Shown here piece by piece: positions 61,504-64,000 of a stretch of DNA of 64,000 nt (the first letter of the stretch is position 1; every line of letters starts with the position of its first letter). The notes below the pieces were generated by a model. That model was not told where the DNA came from. It saw only the letters and a program-made list of their open reading frames with translations, and did not search any database. The translations under genes and the position numbers were made by a program. The DNA is taken from assembly GCA_934644775.1 (NCBI GenBank), contig CAKUDB010000001.1:36441-100440 (forward strand). The letters are read 5' to 3'. Source of the stretch: an uncultured bacterium (GTDB lineage: Bacteria; Vulcanimicrobiota; Xenobia; Xenobiales; Xenobiaceae).

Positions 61504-61896
61504 ATGAGGCATAAAGTTCGCAGTCGGACTTTAGGACGTCAGACTGGTCACCGTTTTGCTATGCTTAGAAATTTGGCCACTTCTTTATTGAGACACGAGC
61601 AAATCACCACTACGGTCACTCGTGCCAAAGAAGTCGCCCGCTTTACTGACGAGCTCATTTCTTGGGCCCGCAAAGCCAAAAACGCCAATGACGCCAGCGA
61701 AGCTTTGGCTTACAAGCGCCGCGTTTTCCGTCAGATCAGCGACCGCGCTGTGGCTCAGGATCTTTTTGAGAATCTGGCTGTCCGTTTCTCCGACAGACAC
61801 GGCGAGAACAAGTGTGGCGGTTACACTCGCGTAATCCACAACGGTTTCCGTAAAGGTGACGGCGCTCCTATGGCCGTTATCGAGTTGGTTCGCTAG
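61504..61896 (+). CDS. rplQ: 50S ribosomal protein L17
   Basis: MRHKVRSRTLGRQTGHRFAMLRNLATSLL. Confidence 0.95.
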   Translation: MRHKVRSRTLGRQTGHRFAMLRNLATSLLRHEQITTTVTRAKEVARFTDELISWARKAKNANDASEALAYKRRVFRQISDRAVAQDLFENLAVRFSDRHGENKCGGYTRVIHNGFRKGDGAPMAVIELVR

Positions 61897-61981
61897 TTTT
61901 CAGCCTACCTGAAAGCCCCTTCTCTCTTACAGAGTGGGGGCATTTTTTTTATCTTTTAGAGGCGGGGAGATAAATGCCATT

Positions 61982-62866
61982 ATGATAGAACTAAGCCAAG
62001 TCTATTTTTCCTATCCCAAGATAAAAAATATTGGCCCTTGTGAAGTAGACTCGACTTCGCCCCAATCAGATGGAGAAATAATTAAAGGGATCACTTTAAC
62101 GATTAAGCCTGGCGAATTTGTCAGCCTTTTAGGAGCTAACGGCTCGGGTAAAACTACTTTAGGCAAGCTTATCAATGGTTTGGTGGTGCCTTCTTCGGGG
62201 AAGGTGACGGTCGAGGGCTTTTCCACTACCAGCGAAGAGGACGTATATGAAGTGCGCCGTTTAGTGGGGATGGTTTTTCAAGATCCCACGCGCCAGATTG
62301 TCGCTTCCACTATAGAAGACGAGTTGGCTTTTGGACCGGAAAATTTGGGCGTACCCGCTTCAGAAATAAAAAAACGTATCGATTGGGCTTTAAATATCCT
62401 GAATTTAGAAAAGGTGCGTAGCGCCGAGCCCCACTATCTTTCCGGTGGGCAGACGCAAAGGGTGGCTATTGCTAGTGTCTTGGTTATGTATCCGCGTTAT
62501 ATCATTATGGACGAGCCCACGGCTATGCTCGATCCGGCCGGAAGACGTAGCGTCTTTGAAGCTATCGATATTTTGCGCCATTCTTTGGGGATGGGGGTTA
62601 TTTTTATCACCCATCATATGGAAGAGGTTCTTTATACTCAGCGGGTTATAGCTATCCAAGAGGGCACCTTATTTTTTGATGGTACTCCTGAAGAACTTTT
62701 TAAGGCTAGAAATATTGTCGAAGCGCTATCTTTGGAGATGCCTCCGCTAGTCCAATTGATCAACTCATTAAATGATTTAGGATATAATTTGCCTATGAGT
62801 TTTTCTTGGCAAGAGACTGCGGAGAATATCGCCCTCAGACTGAAAAAAGAAGAGTTAGTCGAATAA
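61982..62866 (+). CDS. ABC transporter ATP-binding protein, EcfA-like (energy-coupling factor type)
   Basis: Walker A GANGSGKTT. Signature LSGGQTQRV. Walker B IIMDEP. Positioned after rplQ as in Firmicutes-like synteny. Confidence 0.75.
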   Translation: MIELSQVYFSYPKIKNIGPCEVDSTSPQSDGEIIKGITLTIKPGEFVSLLGANGSGKTTLGKLINGLVVPSSGKVTVEGFSTTSEEDVYEVRRLVGMVFQDPTRQIVASTIEDELAFGPENLGVPASEIKKRIDWALNILNLEKVRSAEPHYLSGGQTQRVAIASVLVMYPRYIIMDEPTAMLDPAGRRSVFEAIDILRHSLGMGVIFITHHMEEVLYTQRVIAIQEGTLFFDGTPEELFKARNIVEALSLEMPPLVQLINSLNDLGYNLPMSFSWQETAENIALRLKKEELVE

Positions 62867-63014
62867 GATGTTTTCTTGGCGGAGGTTTTTTTTGCTAGGA
62901 GTATAAATCGCCGCGCAGAAAAACAGAGCTGCGTTTTTTATAGATTATTTGGATTTAGATAATTAGGTAATTTATTTTTGCGTCTTGTCTTTTTGGGGTA
63001 AAGGTTAAAATTTT

Positions 63015-64000
63015 ATGCGCGTTGCGTTAGATGTAAGACCACTGCAAGTGGGAACAAAATATAGAGGTACCGGAACTTATATAAGAGAGCTGCTAGAGCA
63101 GTACTTAAAGCGTCGCCGTGAGATAGTGCTTATGGCTTGGCCAGAAGAGCCCATAAGTCTCGATCAAGGTATCCTCAATTCTTGTGAAATAGTTAGAGTA
63201 CCCAAAGGCAGCAATTTGCCTATTTTTAAGTATTTCGGCTACAAACGCGATGGAATAGATAACCAGGCCCTCTATGGAGAGATTGCCAAGAGAGTCGATT
63301 TACTCCATTTTACCGATCCTCAAGATTTGCGCTTCGGTTTCCCATGGGCCGACTTAGGGGTGCCTAGAGTCTTGACCGTCCACAACTTAATGTCGCTTAC
63401 TCACAGCGATCTCTTTTTCAATTGCAACTTTATTAAGATGAATTTACTAAAATTTATCTATCGCGACTATATACAAAATTATACCCATTGTGACGCTATT
63501 CTAACCGATTCCCAATTTACAGAGCGCTCTTTACATTATTGTATCAAAGGCAAATTGCCTATCACCAAGACGATCTTGTTAGGTATTTCCGATCGTTATG
63601 TGCTTCCTTATGTAAGTCAGGTAGACGAATATCGATTACAAAGGAAATTGCCTCCTCGCTTTATTTTGCATGTCGGTGCCCTTATGGGCAATAAAAATGT
63701 GGAAGCTTTATTGCAAGCTACTGCTCCGCGCTGCAATTGGCCTTTCGTTTTCGCCGGCCCCTATTCTGAAGAAGAGCGCGATTATCTTTCGGCCAAATAT
63801 CCTCAACAGCAAATTTATTGGCTAGGCTATGTAGACAGGGAAGAATTACCTATGCTTTATGCGGCGGCCAGCTTAATGGCTTTCCCGTCTTTGGTCGAGG
63901 GGTTCGGACTGCCCATTTTGGAGGCTATGGCTGTGGGAACTCCCGTTATTTGTTCTAATACGGCCAGTTTGCCCGAAGTATCTGGTAATGCCGCCATTAC
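63015..64000 (+). CDS. GT4-family glycosyltransferase, 3'-truncated by window edge
   Basis: The open frame runs from ATG 63015 to the window end. GT4 EX7E region [19 protein letters not shown]. Confidence 0.7.
   Translation, partial: MRVALDVRPLQVGTKYRGTGTYIRELLEQYLKRRREIVLMAWPEEPISLDQGILNSCEIVRVPKGSNLPIFKYFGYKRDGIDNQALYGEIAKRVDLLHFTDPQDLRFGFPWADLGVPRVLTVHNLMSLTHSDLFFNCNFIKMNLLKFIYRDYIQNYTHCDAILTDSQFTERSLHYCIKGKLPITKTILLGISDRYVLPYVSQVDEYRLQRKLPPRFILHVGALMGNKNVEALLQATAPRCNWPFVFAGPYSEEERDYLSAKYPQQQIYWLGYVDREELPMLYAAASLMAFPSLVEGFGLPILEAMAVGTPVICSNTASLPEVSGNAAI

Noticed and set aside
1-64000. tRNA or rRNA genes
   Set aside because: I inspected all intergenic regions longer than 80 nt. None showed cloverleaf-compatible acceptor/T-arm pairing with GTTC-like loops, and none showed rRNA-like sequence. 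I cannot exclude a tRNA with certainty without a covariance-model scan.

Overview
This 64 kb window comes from a diderm (outer-membrane-bearing) bacterium of roughly 50% GC with a strong gct/tta codon bias. I cannot place the phylum from sequence alone.

The left 40 kb reads like an accessory or envelope neighbourhood. It holds the 3' 4.5 kb of a TamB/DUF490-family gene and a 1512-aa BspA-type leucine-rich-repeat protein. Next is a 416-aa hypothetical, two secreted cyclophilin-type PPIases and a histidine-phosphatase. Three tandem paralogs follow, at 13.7-23.2 kb, and they are the standout. Each encodes an about 1000-aa protein with a long Ala/Gln/Glu/Lys coiled coil, a Gly-rich linker, a GH73 N-acetylglucosaminidase domain and a C-terminal CHAP amidase/peptidase domain. 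Each is preceded by the same promoter-like module, and the first two are a mosaic near-identical duplication. An orphan CHAP-only fragment lies just upstream of them. The left half continues with a 1007-aa Big_2 lipoprotein, a GGGtGRT/NifU-like gene pair, an MFP-RND-OMF efflux operon with a TetR gene, a secreted HExxH protein, and a cytoplasmic PAS histidine kinase with an OmpR-type regulator.

The right 24 kb is the conserved str-S10-spc-alpha ribosomal cluster, running rpsL-rpsG-fusA-tuf-rpsJ through rplQ. It has several lineage-specific quirks. No rpmD or infA is present in the cluster. S12 carries a 14-aa insertion. EF-Tu and L24 carry Cys4 insertions. A structured 320-nt spacer separates rplW from rplB, and there are several internal terminator hairpins. 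The cluster is followed by a lone EcfA-like ATPase gene and a GT4 glycosyltransferase truncated by the window edge.

I saw no rRNA, tRNA, CRISPR array, integrase or transposase.
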